DNA of 60,959 bases, filler included, from Chiloscyllium plagiosum (lineage: Eukaryota): the NCBI RefSeq assembly GCF_004010195.1. It is 5 parts of 2 records of this genome, joined end to end, with 100 filler letters (N's around TTAATTAATTAA, not from the genome) between each part and the next. Parts side by side here need not be neighbours in the genome. Positions count along the whole stretch, not along the records: positions 1 to 13,618 come from NC_057715.1; positions 13,719 to 21,348 come from NC_057715.1; positions 21,449 to 46,223 come from NC_057716.1; 2 more parts are not named here. The stretch is one strand, 5' to 3'. The notes under the pieces were generated by a model that worked only from the letters and a program-made list of their open reading frames with translations, ran no database searches and was not told the origin of the DNA. A program made the translations under genes and the position numbers. Below are positions 11,932-25,258 of the stretch, one piece after another (the first letter of the stretch is position 1; each line of letters starts with the position of its first letter).

Positions 11932-13618
11932 TGCGCAGGGCTCTTTCTGGGTAGGTGGGACCTCTACAAGCAGGATGGTCTTCATCTGAACCAGAGGGGT
12001 ACCAATATCCTGGGGGTGAAATTCACTAAGGCTATTGGGGTGGGTTTAAACTAATCCAGCAGGGGGATGGGAACCAAAATTGTAGAAAAAGTTGAGAGTA
12101 GGGAGGTCCAAAATCAAGTTTCAGGGATACAAGATGGCACTGGCAAGCAGGAAGTTGATTTGAAGTGTGTCTACTTCAACGCAAGGAGCATCGGGAATAA
12201 GGTGGATGAACTTGCAGCATGGGTTGGTACCTGGGACTTCAATGTTGTGGCCATTTTGGAGACATGGATAGAGCAGAGACAGGAATGGTTGTTGCAGGTT
12301 CCAGGATTTAGATGTTTCAGTCAGAACAGAGAAGATGGTAAAAGAGGGGGAGGTGTGGCATGTTGGTCAAGGACAGTATTGCAGTTGCAGAAAGGAGTTA
12401 GGGGACTCGTCAACTGAGGTAGTATGGACTGAGGTTAGAAACAGGAAAGGAGAGGTCACCCTGTTAGAAGTTTTCTATAGGCCTCCGAATAGTTCCAGCG
12501 ATGTGGGGGAAAGGATAGCAAAGATGATTCTCGATAGGAGTGAGAGAGACAGGGTAGTTGTCATGGGAGATTTCAACTTTCCAAATATTGACTGGAAACA
12601 CTATAGTACGAGTACGATAGATGGGTCAGTTTTTGTCCAGTGTGTGCAGGAGGGTTCCTGACACAGTATGTAAACAGGCCAACAAGGGGTGAAGCAACAA
12701 GCCCGGCCAGGTGTTAGACTTGGAGGTGAGCACTTTGGTGACAGCGATCACAATTCTGTTACGTTTACTTTAGTGATAGAAAGGGATAGGTGTACACCAC
12801 TGGGCAAGAGTTACAGCTGGGGGAAAGGCAATTATGATGCAGTTAGGCAAGATTTAGGAAGCATAGGATGGGGAAGGAAACTGCAGGGGATGGGCACATT
12901 AGAAATGTGGAGCTTATTCAAGGAAAAGCTCCTGAGTGTCCGAGATAAGTATGTACCGGTCAGACAGGGAGGAAACTGTAGAGCACAGGAGCCATGGTTT
13001 ACGAAGGAAGTGGAATCTCTGGTCAAGAGGAAGAAGGCAGCTTATGTTAGGAGATGTGAAGGCTCAGTTAGGGCACTTGAAGGTTATAAAGGTAGCCAGG
13101 AAAGACCTAAAGAGAAAGCTCAGAAATGCCAGGAGAAGACATGAGAAGTTGTTGGCGGATAGGATCAGGGTAAACCCTAAGGTTTTTATAGGTATTTAAG
13201 GAATAAAAGAATGATGAGAGTAAGATGAGGACCAATCAAGGATAGTAGTGGGAAGTTGTGTGTGGAGTCAGAGGAGATAGGGGAAGCACTAAATGAATAT
13301 TTTTCGACAGTATTCACTCTAGAAAACGACAAAGTTTTCGAGGAGAATACTGAGATACAGGCTATTAGACTCGGTGGGATTGAGGTTCACATGGAAGAGG
13401 TATTAGAAATCCTGCAGAGTGTGAAAATAGAAATGTCTCCTGGGCCGGATGGGATTTACCCTAGGATCCTCTAGGAAGCCAGGGAGGAGATTGCCGAGCC
13501 TTTGACATTGATCTTTAAATTGTCATTGTCTACAGGAATAGTGCCAGAAGACTGGAGGATAGCAAATGTGGTTCCCCTGTTCAAGAAGGGGAGTAGAGAC
13601 AACCCTGGTAATTATAGA
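11932..13618 (+). mobile_element. CR1 LINE: end of ORF1 and ORF2 APE endonuclease to start of RT
   Basis: LYKQDGLHLN (esterase DxxH block); LKCVYFNARSIGNK, ILETW, VFYRPPNS, VVMGDFNFPNIDW, GDSDHNSV, SPGPDGIYPRIL. Confidence 0.93.
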
Positions 13619-13718
13619 NNNNNNNNNNNNNNNNNNNNNNNNNNNNNNNNNNNNNNNNNNNNTTAATTAATTAANNNNNNNNNNNNNNNNNNNNNNNNNN
13701 NNNNNNNNNNNNNNNNNN
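13619..13718. other. Artificial 100-nt contig linker (N44-TTAATTAATTAA-N44)
   Basis: Identical structure at four sites; the 12-mer has stops in all six frames. Confidence 0.9.
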
Positions 13719-13937
13719 GGGGAGATGTCAGGGGTGGGTTCTTTACCCAGAGAGTGGTGGGGGCATGGAATGCACTGCCTGTGGGAGTGGTAGAGTCAGA
13801 ATCTTTGGTGACCTTTAAGCGGCAATTGGATAGGTACATGGATGGGTGCTTAAGCTAGGACAAATGTTCGGCACAGCATCGTGGGCCGAAGGGCCTGTTC
13901 TGTGCTGTATTGTTCTATGTTCTATCTCTATGTTCTA

Positions 13938-14130
13938 GGTCACTGAGTCTGCACTGACCCTCTGAAGAGTGTCTCACCAAGACCCAGCCTCCTTACCCTG
14001 TTTGGACTGAGAGGAAACCCACATAGACACAGGGAGAATGTGCAAACTCCATACAGTTGCCCGAGGCTGGAATCAAACATGGCTGTGCTGCTGTGAGGCA
14101 GTAATGCTAATCACTGAGCTGCCATGTTGC
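13938..14130 (-). mobile_element. HE1-like SINE, partially deleted
   Basis: GAGAATGTGCAAACTCC...GCTGCTGTGAGGCAG matches the other copies. Confidence 0.7.
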
Positions 14131-14490
14131 CTCACTCTGACAGAGAGAGAGCAAATAAATAGATAAAGGGAAGCATGTAAATGTGCTGAACTTAGATTTC
14201 CAAAAGGCATTGATGAGGTGCTATTATCAAAGATAACTCCACAAATAACAGCATATGGAGTGTCAAAGGGATTATTTACCTAAGGTTTAGAAGCAAAGAG
14301 TTGGGACAAATGGATCATTTTTAGGTTGGCAAACCATAACTACTGGAGTGTCACAGACATCAGTTCTGGAATTTCAACTATTTTACAATCTATATCAATG
14401 AATTGGTGTACAGGATTATGGGGATAGGGTGGGTAATAACATTGAAGTGTTCTTTTAGTCGTGATGGTATTGAATGGTGGAGCAGGCCCT

Positions 14491-14625
14491 TCATTCCTGA
14501 TGAAGGGTTTGTGCCCGAAACATCAGTTTTCCTGCTCCTTGGGATGCTGCCTGACCTGCTGTGTTTTTCCAGCACCACTCCAGTCTAGAATCTGATTTCC
14601 ACCATCTGCAGTCCTCACTTTTGCC
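14491..14625 (+). mobile_element. PLE family B terminal repeat with hammerhead motif (14497-14524)
   Basis: CTGATGA-A-GGGT-TTGT-GCCC-GAAA-CATC followed by GGATGCTGCCTGACCTGCTG. Confidence 0.75.
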
Positions 14626-15908
14626 TTAATGGGTTGAATGGTCTATTCCTGTTCCTGTGTTCCTAATGAATTGTATGGAGGCACCACACACATAGCTAAA
14701 TTTGCCAAATACACCAAGATAACTAGGAAAGTAAGTTATCAAGAGGAGGCAATAATTTAACAAAGGGATATAAATAAGTTGAGTGAGTGTGCAAAATTTT
14801 AGCAACTCGAGCAATGTGGGAAATGAGAGTTTGTCCACTTTATAAGGAAGAACAGAAAAGGCAATGTATTATTTAAATAGAGTGATTGCAGAACTCTGAG
14901 GTACAGAGGGATCTGGATGTTCTGCTACATAAATCACAAAATGTTAGCTTGCAGATACAGCAAGTGAAAGGAAGCCGAATGGAAAATTTTTGTTTTCGAT
15001 TTGTTCACAAGATATGGGCATCTTTGGCTGGCCACCATTTGTTGCCCATCCCTAATCACTAGGAGAGCAGTTTAGAGTCCACCACATTGCTGACAGTTTA
15101 GACTTGCAAGTAAGCAGACAGGTAAGGATGGCAAATTTCCCTTCCTTGAGGGACATTGGTCAACCAGATGGGTTTTCATGACAATTGACAGTGCCAAGCT
15201 TCTCATTATTTATTTTAACATCTCTTTACGTGGCTCAGTGTAGGTTTTGTTTGGTAATGCTCCTGTGAAAGACTTTGAGCTGCTTTACTGTATTAAAGAT
15301 GCTATGTGAGTGCAAGTTGTGAATCTGCTAAGAGGACACTAGTAAGAGAAGAGAATGTGCTTCTCTTAGCACATTAACAACTGGTCACAATATGTAAAAA
15401 GTATTTGATTTGCACATGTGAAACTACCAAAAGAGATGAATGTCAAACCCAGGCTAGGTCAAAAACTAAAATAACGCAGTAAAGATTCTTTAGCTGTTAT
15501 CAATGGTTTGATTGACGTTGGGATGATAGTTATGCAGAGAATTCAGAGGTAGGCATATTTTCAGTCACCTGTGATTGCGACCCTGAACATGATGTACAGT
15601 GCTGGGTTGTGAATAACTTGTGGTTCGATGATCTGCATACTTAAACATGTTTTGTGATGAGATTTGACGCATTGTTCATGATTTGTAGTCCTGTGTTTTT
15701 AGTCTGTACTATTTGCCAATTTAATACAACATTCAGAGAATGAGAAGCTATTAGTGGAGTGTCTGCTGTATTTTTTTAATTGTGACAAAATTATCACGGT
15801 AACCTAATGAGTTTTTCTGCTAGAAAATTAATTCCTTGCCCAAGCTTATGAAACAGACGTTAACATCATGCTGTTTGATTAATTTTATTTTCATTTTTTA
15901 TACACCAG

Positions 15909-16119
15909 GCACTTTAAGAAGAAATTTAATATTTACCTGGTATTTATCCCTGAACTGCTCTTCATGATGTGTCTCTTTGGGTACCTTGTCTTTATGATTA
16001 TATATAAATGGTTGGCATATTCTGCTGCAAACTCCGATTTGGCTCCAAGCATCTTGATTCATTTCATTAATATGTTCGTCATGCAGCAGAACCAAGATGC
16101 GAAACTTTATCCTGGACAG
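15909..16119 (+). CDS. ATP6V0A2: V-type proton ATPase subunit a2-like, internal coding exon (211 bp)
   Basis: Pyrimidine tract + CAG acceptor, GTAGGT donor. Translates [70 protein letters not shown], matching the V0 a-subunit membrane region, closest to a2 as I recall it. Confidence 0.88.
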
Positions 16120-18414
16120 GTAGGTGTGTTAGTGCACATTTATCATTCGACATTTGCTATGGGAAATTTGTGAAATAATTTAGATTGTTTGCCAATTTTA
16201 AAAAAAAATCACCTTGTCACAATCACATACAGTTTCTGTTTGGCACACTGGCTGTATCAATGGAAAATGTCACATTCTTGGAAGAATATAGGAATAGAAG
16301 GAGGCCATTCAGCCTCTCTGGTCTGCTGTTCAATTGAGATATGGCTGGTCTGTTTTCCAACTTCACAGACTACCTTGTCTTTAATGCACATATTTGGCAA
16401 GATTCTACCTTTTGATTTTAAAGTATTAATTGAACTGGTAGATGGGGACAAAGTTCCACATTTCCACTTTGCTTTGTGAGAAAGTGTTTCCCAAATTCTG
16501 TCCTTAGTGGTCTAGGGGTGATGTGATCTTAAGGTTGTATCCCCTTATTCTGGACCCCACCGACAACCAATCGAGAATGTTTCTCTCAATTGATTGTATC
16601 AATCCCTTTTGAATTCCTGAAATTCTCCATCACGGCAGCCACTAAACCTTTAAATCTCAATGACCAAAAGAATAATTTATGAATATTCTCATAATTAACA
16701 TCTGGATGAATTTGTGCAGCACTCACTCAAGATCAGCCTGCCCTTCTGAAAGTGAGCTATCTACTATACATTGCTGTTGCTGTGTTCTAACCAGAGCTTT
16801 GTTTAACTGTCATAAAACTTCCTTTTTATATTGTAGACCTGGTGGTAGCCACCTTGATTTAGCATACTGCTGTACTATATTTTAGTGATCTGTGTAAATG
16901 TTCCTTAAACCTCTTTAGGCCTCTTTTCTTACTGATTTTTCACAATTTATAGAACATGCTTTGAACTATCTCTTTTTTTGGTTCAAATTAGATGGCCTTA
17001 AAGTTTCTTAATTTGGTACCTAATATTTTAATTCTTGTGTGGAATAATACTTTGACTAGTGCCATACATTTCTGAATTTCACTCCAAATGACCTTATCAT
17101 TCAATACACCAGGAGACCTTTGCATCTGAGTCTGTATCAGCCAGAAGCTGGAGTTTGTTGTGCGGCCTTGAGCTGCCCAAAAGCCGTGGAGCTATTAGTG
17201 GCTAGTGATTTATTCCTGATTAATGTACTTTATTGGAGGTATCACATGATTTGCTTGCCTGCAGGCGGTGGTAGAGTAAACACACTTTATTGTGTTTAGA
17301 GCTTCAGAATTTGGAAATAATATATTTGCAGATCAGGAAGGAAAAATAAGGAGTACAAATAACTAGATAAATAGATTGTTGTACTCTAGTGGCCCATGTA
17401 CTTTTGGGACAAAAATCTTAATTTTGCAGCGATGATCCTTTTAAACGTTGGACTTCTGTGAGAGAGAGTTTCGAGAAAAGCACATTGGTTCCAGTGATTG
17501 ATTATGTGATCCAAGTTAAATGGGAGATGAACAACAGAAAAAGTCAACAAGTATTAATTGAAGGGGTGGAGTAGATTGTGAGAGTGTTTGGGGAGGGAGG
17601 CGTGGTATTCGTATTCCCAACAGTTTAGTTTTAGGTTAGATCAATTGACTTGCAGAGGACCACTGAACCCAAAGATGCAGCTTTCCTTCAGTGCTGCCCC
17701 TGGATGGTGTAATACTCCCTCAGAACTGTCACACAAAATACCACTGACCGTGGCAATACTCTCTCAGCATGCCTACCCCTCCAAAAAAAAACACAGTGCA
17801 GAGCTCATGCAGTACTCCCTCAGAACTGTCACTCAGTGTCAAGGCATTCAGTACTACATTACACTTGAGTGTTATTGCAGATAATGGCCTGGTGCAAGGG
17901 CAGTGACACAACTCCTGGGTCCTGTGCTGCTCTGAGATTGGGCCCCTGAACCCACCCACTGAACCAAGCACAGCAAGGCTCCTAAAGCCCAAGTTATTGG
18001 GGCCCTGTCCTTGAATGACTGGAGTTGAACTTGAGGCCATATCCCGACTCTGACGAGAGACTTGGTTTTTCTGTTTAACTAGTTTTCAAAACATTTCCTT
18101 AATCATTTGCACTTTCCTCTTTAGGAAATCTATCAGTTATTCTGACTCCACTGTATTTATCAGGTCACTTAGGATATGACCAAATATACTGTTTCAGCAC
18201 CATATCATCCTACAAAATGTTCAGAGTATGTTTCTTATAATTGAGTACTTGGTTTCCAAAAGTCAGAATTAATAGGACTCTAATTTGTTTGTAATAAAAA
18301 ATTAGTTTAATATGGACAATATAAAAGTGACCAAATTCAGCAAGAGACATTTTCAGAAAGTGAAGCTTTTGTCATGATACAAATGTTCGTTACTTTGTAT
18401 TTTGTTTTGAACAG

Positions 18415-18534
18415 AATGGATGCCAAATGTTCCTTGTTGTGATTGCTGTACTATCCATTCCAGTTTTGCTGTTTGGAAAACCAGGATATCTCTACTGGAA
18501 GCATCATGGAGGAAGAAACTTTGGGATGTACAGG
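18415..18534 (+). CDS. ATP6V0A2: V-type proton ATPase subunit a2-like, next coding exon (120 bp)
   Basis: TTTTGTTTTGAACAG acceptor, GTAGGT donor, phase 0 continuing the previous exon. NGCQMFLVVIAVLSIPVLLFGKPGYLYWKHHGGRNFGMYR. Absent from the ORF track. Confidence 0.88.
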
Positions 18535-18939
18535 GTAGGTCTTTGAATCACAGCAGTGTTTGCGTAATTATAGATTTGATTTTAAAATTGATGTAGAACA
18601 GTACAGGAACAGGGCCTTCTGTGCACCATGTCTGCGCTGACCATCAGACCTTTCTAAAGTAATTCCATCTGGCTGCACATTGTCCATATTCCACAATTCC
18701 CTGCCTATTCTCTGTACCGATGGCAATGAGAAATTGAAGAAAGTGGAGAAGTACTTGAAAACAATTCAGACTCTGAATTGTCTGAAAACTGTCCTGTTGG
18801 ACAGTTACATGGGCCTCCTGGATTTGTCTGTCTGTTATTATTATCTGGACTTTTCACTGTCAGAATGAGGTTTGAGAGACTTGTGCCATGGAACCTGAGA
18901 GAGCTCCCAGTACCACAGTCAGCAATGAGAGACTAGCTT

Positions 18940-20045
18940 AGAGTCATAGAGGGTCACCAGCACGGAGACAGACCCTTTGGTCCAATTTGTCCATGCTGAC
19001 CAGATACCCTATAATAATCTCGTCCTATTTGCCAGCACCTGGCCCATATCCCTCTTAAACCCTTCCTATTCATATACCCATCCAGATGCTTTTTAAATGT
19101 TGTGGTTCTGTTCGCCGAGCTGGAAGTTTTTGTTGCAAACGTTTCGTCCCCTGGCTAGACGACATCATCAGTGCTTGGGAGCCTCCTGCGAAGTGCTTCT
19201 TTGATGTTTCCTCCGGTGTTTATAGTGGTCTGTCCCTGCCGCTTCCGGTTGTCAGATTCAGCTGCCCGCTGTAGTGGTTGATATATTGGGTCCAGGTCGA
19301 TGTGTTTCTTGATGGAGTTTGTGGATGAATGCCATGCCTCTCATGGCACAAACTCCATCAACAAACACATCGACCTGGACCCAATATACCAACCACTACA
19401 GCGGACAGCTGAAACTGACAACCGGAAGCGGCAGGGACAGACCACTATTAACACCGGAGGAAACATCAAAGAAGCGCTTCGCAGGAGGCTCCCAAGCACT
19501 GATGATGTTGCCTAGCCAGGGGACGAAACGTTTGCAACAAAAACTTCCAGCTCGGCGAACAGAACCACAACAACGAGCACCCGAGTTACAAATCTTCGCA
19601 CAAACTTTGAACGCTTTTTAAATGTTATAATTGCACCAGCCTTCACCATTTCCTCTGGCAGCTCATTCTATGCACTCACTTCCCTCTATGTGAAAATGTT
19701 GCCCCTTGAATCCCTTTTAAATCTTTCCCTTTTCACCTTAAATCTATGTCATCTACTTTTGGACTTCCCCACCTGGGGAAAATACCTTGTCTATTTACTC
19801 TATCCGTGCCCCTAGTCATTTTATGAACCTCTATAAGGTCATACTCCAACCTTCAATGCTCCAGGGAAAACACCCCAGCCTATTCAGCCTCTCCCTATAG
19901 CTCAAACTCTCCAACCCAGGCAACATCCTTGTAAATGTTTTCTGAACCCTTCCAAATTTCACAATATCCTTCCTATAGCAGGGAGATCAGAATTGCACAC
20001 AGTATTCCAATAGTGGCCTAACCTATGTCCTGTACAACTGCAACG
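18940..20045 (-). mobile_element. CR1 LINE 3' end, interrupted by a PLE fold-back
   Basis: GAGTCATAGA tail and reverse-complement match to 10357-10862. Confidence 0.88.
19102..19612. mobile_element. Fold-back PLE family A insertion with two opposed hammerhead motifs
   Basis: Arms about 19100-19325 and 19348-19572 are reverse complements. Hammerhead cores at 19137-19171 (-) and 19499-19532 (+). Exact 14-bp TSD GCTTTTTAAATGTT at 19088-19101 and 19613-19626. Confidence 0.88.
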
Positions 20046-20299
20046 TTTTGTTGAGAAGTGCGAGGGAGGAGCAGAGGACTGCTGGGAAGGTGAGTTAAAA
20101 AACAAAACTTTTTGAACTGAGCGGCGAGAAGAGAAACGAGAGCTGCTGGGAAGTTTTTAAGTGGGTGAGATTTAAACCTGGGACCCGACACTGTAGGGCC
20201 TTCCTCCCATCCACCACCTCTAACCTTACGAAGAGCCTGTCAATTCGGTAAGTTCTCAAGTTTTCTCATTTCTTTTTCTTTCCTTTTCTTCCTTTGTTT

Positions 20300-21348
20300 A
20301 GTCATAGAGATGTACAGCACGGAAACAGACCCTTCGGTCCAACCAGTCCATGCCGACCAGATATCCAAACCCAATCTAGTCCAACCTGCCAGCACCCGGC
20401 CCATATCCCCCAACCCTTCCTATTCATATACCCATCCAAATGCCTCTTAAATGTTGCAACTGTACCAGCCTCCACAACATCCTCTGGCAGCTCATTCCAT
20501 TCACATACCACCCTCTGCGTGAAAACGTTGCCCCTTAGGTCTCTTTTATATCTTTCCCCTCTCACCCTAAACCTATGCCCTCTAGTTCTGGACCCCCCCA
20601 ACCCCAGGGAGAAGGCTTTGCCTATTTATCCTATCCATGCCCCTCATAATTTTGTAAACCTCTATAAGGTCACTCCTCAGCCTCCGACGCTCCAGGGAAA
20701 ACAGCCCAAGCCGCAACATGACCTCCCAACTCCTGTACACAATACTCTGACCAATAAAAGAAAACATACCAAACGCCTTCTTCACTATCCTATCTACTTG
20801 TGACTCCACTTTCAAGGAGCTATGAACCTGCACTCCAAGGTTTCTTTGTTCAGCAACACTCCCTAAGACCTTACCATTAAGTGTATAAGTCCTGCTAAGA
20901 TTTGCTTTCCCAAAATGCAGCACCTCGCATTTATCTGAATTAAACTCTATCTGCCACTTCTCAGCCCATTGGCCCATCTGGTCAAGATTCTGTTGTAATC
21001 TGAGGTAACCATCTTCGGTGTCCACTACACCTCCAATTTTGGTGTCATGTGCAAACTTACTAACTACCTCTTATGCTCGCATCCAAATCATTTATGTAAA
21101 TGACAAAAAGTAGAGGGCCCAGCATCGATCCTTGTGGCACTCCACTGGTCACAGGCCTCCAGTCTGAAAAACAACCCTCCATCACCACCATCTGTCTTCT
21201 ACCTTTGAGCCAGTTCTGTATCCAAATGGCTAGTTCTCCCTATATTCCATGAGATCTAACCTTGCTAATCAGTCTCCCATGGGGAACCATGTTGAACGCC
21301 TTACTGAAGTCCATATAGATCACATCTACTGCTCTGCCCTCATCAATC
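20300..21348 (-). mobile_element. CR1 LINE ORF2 3' part with internal deletion
   Basis: ORFs 20582..21025 and 20302..20601 encode the CR1 RT C-terminus; EVMLR joins directly to LGLFSL. Confidence 0.92.
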
Positions 21349-21448
21349 NNNNNNNNNNNNNNNNNNNNNNNNNNNNNNNNNNNNNNNNNNNNTTAATTAA
21401 TTAANNNNNNNNNNNNNNNNNNNNNNNNNNNNNNNNNNNNNNNNNNNN
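21349..21448. other. Artificial 100-nt contig linker
   Basis: N44-TTAATTAATTAA-N44; flanks are different CR1 subfamilies in opposite orientation. Confidence 0.9.
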
Positions 21449-22267
21449 TGCAGTTTAATGTGGATAACTGTATGGTTATCCACTTTGGTAGCAAGAACAG
21501 GAAGGCAGACTACTACCTCAATTGAGTCAATTTATGTAATGGGGCAGTACAGCGAGATCTGGGTGTTCTTGTACACCAGTCAATGAAGGCAAGCATGCAG
21601 GTACAGCAGGTAGTGAGGAAGGCTAATAGCATGCTGGCCTTCATAACAAGAGGAATTGAGTATAGAAGCAAAGAGGTGTTTCTGCAGCTGTACAGGGCCC
21701 TGGTGAGACCACACCTGGAGTATTGTGTGCAGTTCTGGTCTCCAAATTTGAGAAAATACATTCTGGCTATTGAGGGAGTGCAGCGTAGGTTCACGAGGTC
21801 AATTCCTGGAATGGCAGGATTATCTTACACTGAAAGACTGAAGCGACTGGGCTTGTATACCCTTGAGTTTCGAAGATTGAGAGGGGATCTGATTGAGACG
21901 TGTAAGATTATGAAAGGATTGGACACTCTGGCAGTAGGGAACATATTTCCACTGATGGGTGAGTGCCGAACCAGAGGACACAGCTTAAAAATACGGGGTA
22001 GACCATTTAGGACAGAGCTCAGGAGAAACTTCTTCACCCAGAGAGTGGTGGCTGTGTGGAATGCTCTGCCACAGGGGGCAGTGGAGGCCCACTCTCTGGA
22101 TTCATTTAAGAAGGATAGAGCTCTCAAAGATAGTGGAATCAAGGGTTATGGAGATAAGGCAGGAACAGGATACTGATTAGGAATGATCAGCCATGATTAT
22201 ATTGAATGGCGGTGCAGGCTCGACGGGCTGAATGGCCTACTCCTGCACCTATTGTCTATTGTCTATT
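21449..22267 (+). mobile_element. CR1 LINE 3' end, second subfamily with (ATTGTCT)n tail
   Basis: ORF 21583..22176: LYRALVRPHLEYCVQFWSP...FFTQRVVAVWNALP. Confidence 0.93.
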
Positions 22268-22589
22268 AACCAAATCAGTCTCTGTGTTGAACAATTCATT
22301 TGGTCCAACAAAAGAGTTCCAGATTTTCCTGCCCTTTTGCATGAAAGATTACTCCTGGTATCACTGCCAAATGGCCTATCTATGTGATGTACTCCCCAAC
22401 ATAAGAATTTTGTGAACTATTTTGTGCCTGTCAATTCGATTCTCTCTTGATCTATTCATCTCAAGAGTCAAATGTATAATCTTTCCACGTGAGTTAACTC
22501 TTCATACACGAGTAATTTTTCTGGTGTGTATGTGCTGTGCTTTTCCCAAGACCAATGTGCACACCTGAGATGATAGTGCCTGTAAATTG

Positions 22590-23195
22590 TGTAATGATAC
22601 TGTGGCTTTAAGAGGTGCATTTTGACCTGGTTTTCTTTGAAGAGACGTTTTAAAGCAGGGGTAATGAACTGTCTACCAGAGCCAGTAGAATGAACAGCTT
22701 GTGAGGACTTATGTTGGAATAATAGAAGTAGCCTGAATGGGTGTGATCAAGCTCTCAAAGAACCTGGATTTTTAGTTTTTAGTTTTCAGCAAATGCTGTT
22801 GGGGTCTTGAAGAAGTGGAAACTATTTTTCCCCTCTCACAATTGTAGCCAAAGCTGTGGATTTTCTACCTGATATTGGAATTGCATGTGAGAAAATCTAT
22901 TTTCTGAATTTGTCTTTTGCAAGGGTGCATTTATGGGATGTTGCTATATTGGAATAGTTAATTAGTAATAATTACTGTATCTATTATTCAGTTAAATTAT
23001 TCCAATTCCTTCTTTTTTGTTGTATTTTAACTATTGGATGAATAAGGAGTTAAGAGTGTGATTGCTTTAAATCCAGTGGCTAGACAAACCAGATTGCATT
23101 TGAAATGTAACACTTTACATTTACCTTTAAAATAAAAGTTAAGGTGGAGACTATCTTCCAAATATTTTGACGGGGTTTTCGTCTGGTCTGTATCA
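22590..23195 (+). mobile_element. Probable solo LTR (copy 1)
   Basis: Begins TGTAATGA, ends TATCA, contains AATAAA; collinear with 28079-28713. No clean TSD. Confidence 0.6.
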
Positions 23196-23492
23196 ATGCA
23201 CCTTCCTACCTTGTTCTGAACTACTATTACACGATCTCCCTAACCTACAATCGAAGTTTCTTTAAACAATCTGTGATTTTTTTTGGATCGAGCTTACTTC
23301 TATGTCCACTTTCAGAACTCATACTATGTTCTCTGGTTTTCTACATCTTAATTTTGACAATCCATGGATCTTACCTTCCCTCCATGATTTGCATGTTTTG
23401 CCAATGTTTGTGTTGGATAGTGGTTTCCCCCATTGTCCCTTAATGGTGGCATCCTTTCATTAACTAGTCCCTCTTGGAATATATGTGACTCT

Positions 23493-23579
23493 TGTGCCAA
23501 CTTTTGGCAGTTGACTTCAGGAAAAATAACCTTCCATTATGTTCATATTCAATCTGCCCTGTATTTGCTACAATCTGTC
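23493..23579 (+). repeat. 87-bp direct duplication, copy 1 (copy 2 at 24255-24341)
   Basis: TGTGCCAACTTTTGGCAG...CTACAATCTGTC occurs twice with one mismatch. Confidence 0.9.
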
Positions 23580-24929
23580 CTTCATAATTGTCGAACATAT
23601 GTGTATGCAAAATGTATGATAACGTAGAGGTTTCTGTTATGTAAACTGATTCCTTAACTGTAAAATCAGTGCCAATTAAAGTCAAGGAATACAATCTAAC
23701 AATTTGATAATCATTTTGTAAAATTGTAGTTTTTTCTTATCACTGCCCTCAACCTATCCAGATTTTTCTATTCACTCTGCCCTTCTTGTTTGTAATGTAC
23801 TGTGACACCTGGCATAAAATTTATTTCTGATGATCTTAAGGCTTGCTGAATTTTCTCTGAAATCTCAGTCTGAATGAATGTTCTTTAACCAACATGCCCA
23901 GGATTCAGGTGCTTGGAAAAGGTGAAGCTGATTGTAATCCCTTCATAAACTGGGAAGCATTCACTTTTTATCAAAGGAATTTGGATTTCTCCCAAAAAGC
24001 ATTTCTTTATAGGCTGTGGCCCACACCATATGCAACAAGTTCTTCACATGGTCTGCCCATTCATGAGCAGATGTTAATTTGCAATTTAGGTGGTCTACTT
24101 AGATTTTATAAAACATCAAATCCATTGTTGCATTAGTTTTTCTACAAACTCCATTATTAAAGAGATTTTTTGCTGTCATGTACATTACTACAATTTTTCA
24201 CACATATATTTAAATTAATTGTTGACAAAAAAGCATTTCACTCACCAATGTATCTGTGCCAACTTTTGGCAGTTGACTTCAAGAAAAATAACCTTCCATT
24301 ATGTTCATATTCAATCTGCCCTGTATTTGCTACAATCTGTCTGTTTACTCTTGGCTGTTTTACATGGAAATAAAACAGTTATTTTATTTCTCCAGTGTAT
24401 TGTTACCTCCAAAGCACTCCTGAAGCATAGAGAACACTTAAAATCCTTAACAACACTTTGGACCTTATTAGTGAGAGAATTTAAATAACATTTAACTAAT
24501 CTACAGCACATACTCTGGACATGTACAATTGAAGGCATCTGTGGCGATAGCATTCATTTGTGACCAGCACAATTCCTTCAGAATAATCAGTATCATCATA
24601 TTGTGCTTCTGAAACCTCTGTGGGGTGCACCATTTGGAAAATCTTGATATTATGTTTAGGACAGCACATTGCTAAATGCTATTTTATAGTCACATCCAAA
24701 ATACTTTCTTTATCACTCGGGGGTAGATGTGGGTGTCTCTGACTGGGACTGCAGTTGCATTCAACCATAGTGGGCCTTGAGGAGGTGGTGGTGAGCTATC
24801 TTCTGGAAACGCTACATTCCATGTGGTGAAGGTACACACACAATGAGACTTCCAGGATTTTGCTCCAGTGACATTGAAAGAAAGGCAGCATATTTCTAAG
24901 TCTGAGGGCAGCAGGTCTTGAATGTTGTT

Positions 24930-25258
24930 AGCATTTCTGCCTCTCAGCATCACAGAACCAACTTCAATTCCAGTCTCAGATGACTGTCTGTGTGAGGATT
25001 ACACATTTTCCCATGTCTGCGTGGGTGCTCTGGGTGCTCCGATATCCTTCCATAATCCAAATATGTGCAGGTTAGGTGAATTGGCCATGCTAAATTGCCA
25101 TAGCGTTCAGGGATATGTAGGTTAGGTGCATTAGTCAGTGGTAAATGTAGAGTAATAGGATAGGGGAATGGATCTGGGTGGGTTACTCTTCAGAGGGTTG
25201 GTGTGGACTTGTTGAGCCAAATGGCCTGTTTCCACACTGTAGGGTTCTATGACTCTTT
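24930..25258 (+). mobile_element. HE1-like SINE
   Basis: GTGCAGGTTAGGTGAATTGGCCATGCTAAATTGCC core; CR1-like tail. Confidence 0.8.

Noticed and set aside
13663..13674. TTAATTAATTAA as a biological motif or piggyBac site
   Set aside because: Always centred in a 100-nt N block; a six-frame-stop linker.
17700..17840. TACTCCCTCAGAACTGTCAC repeats resembling a DeuSINE-type core
   Set aside because: Too short and degenerate to call without alignment.
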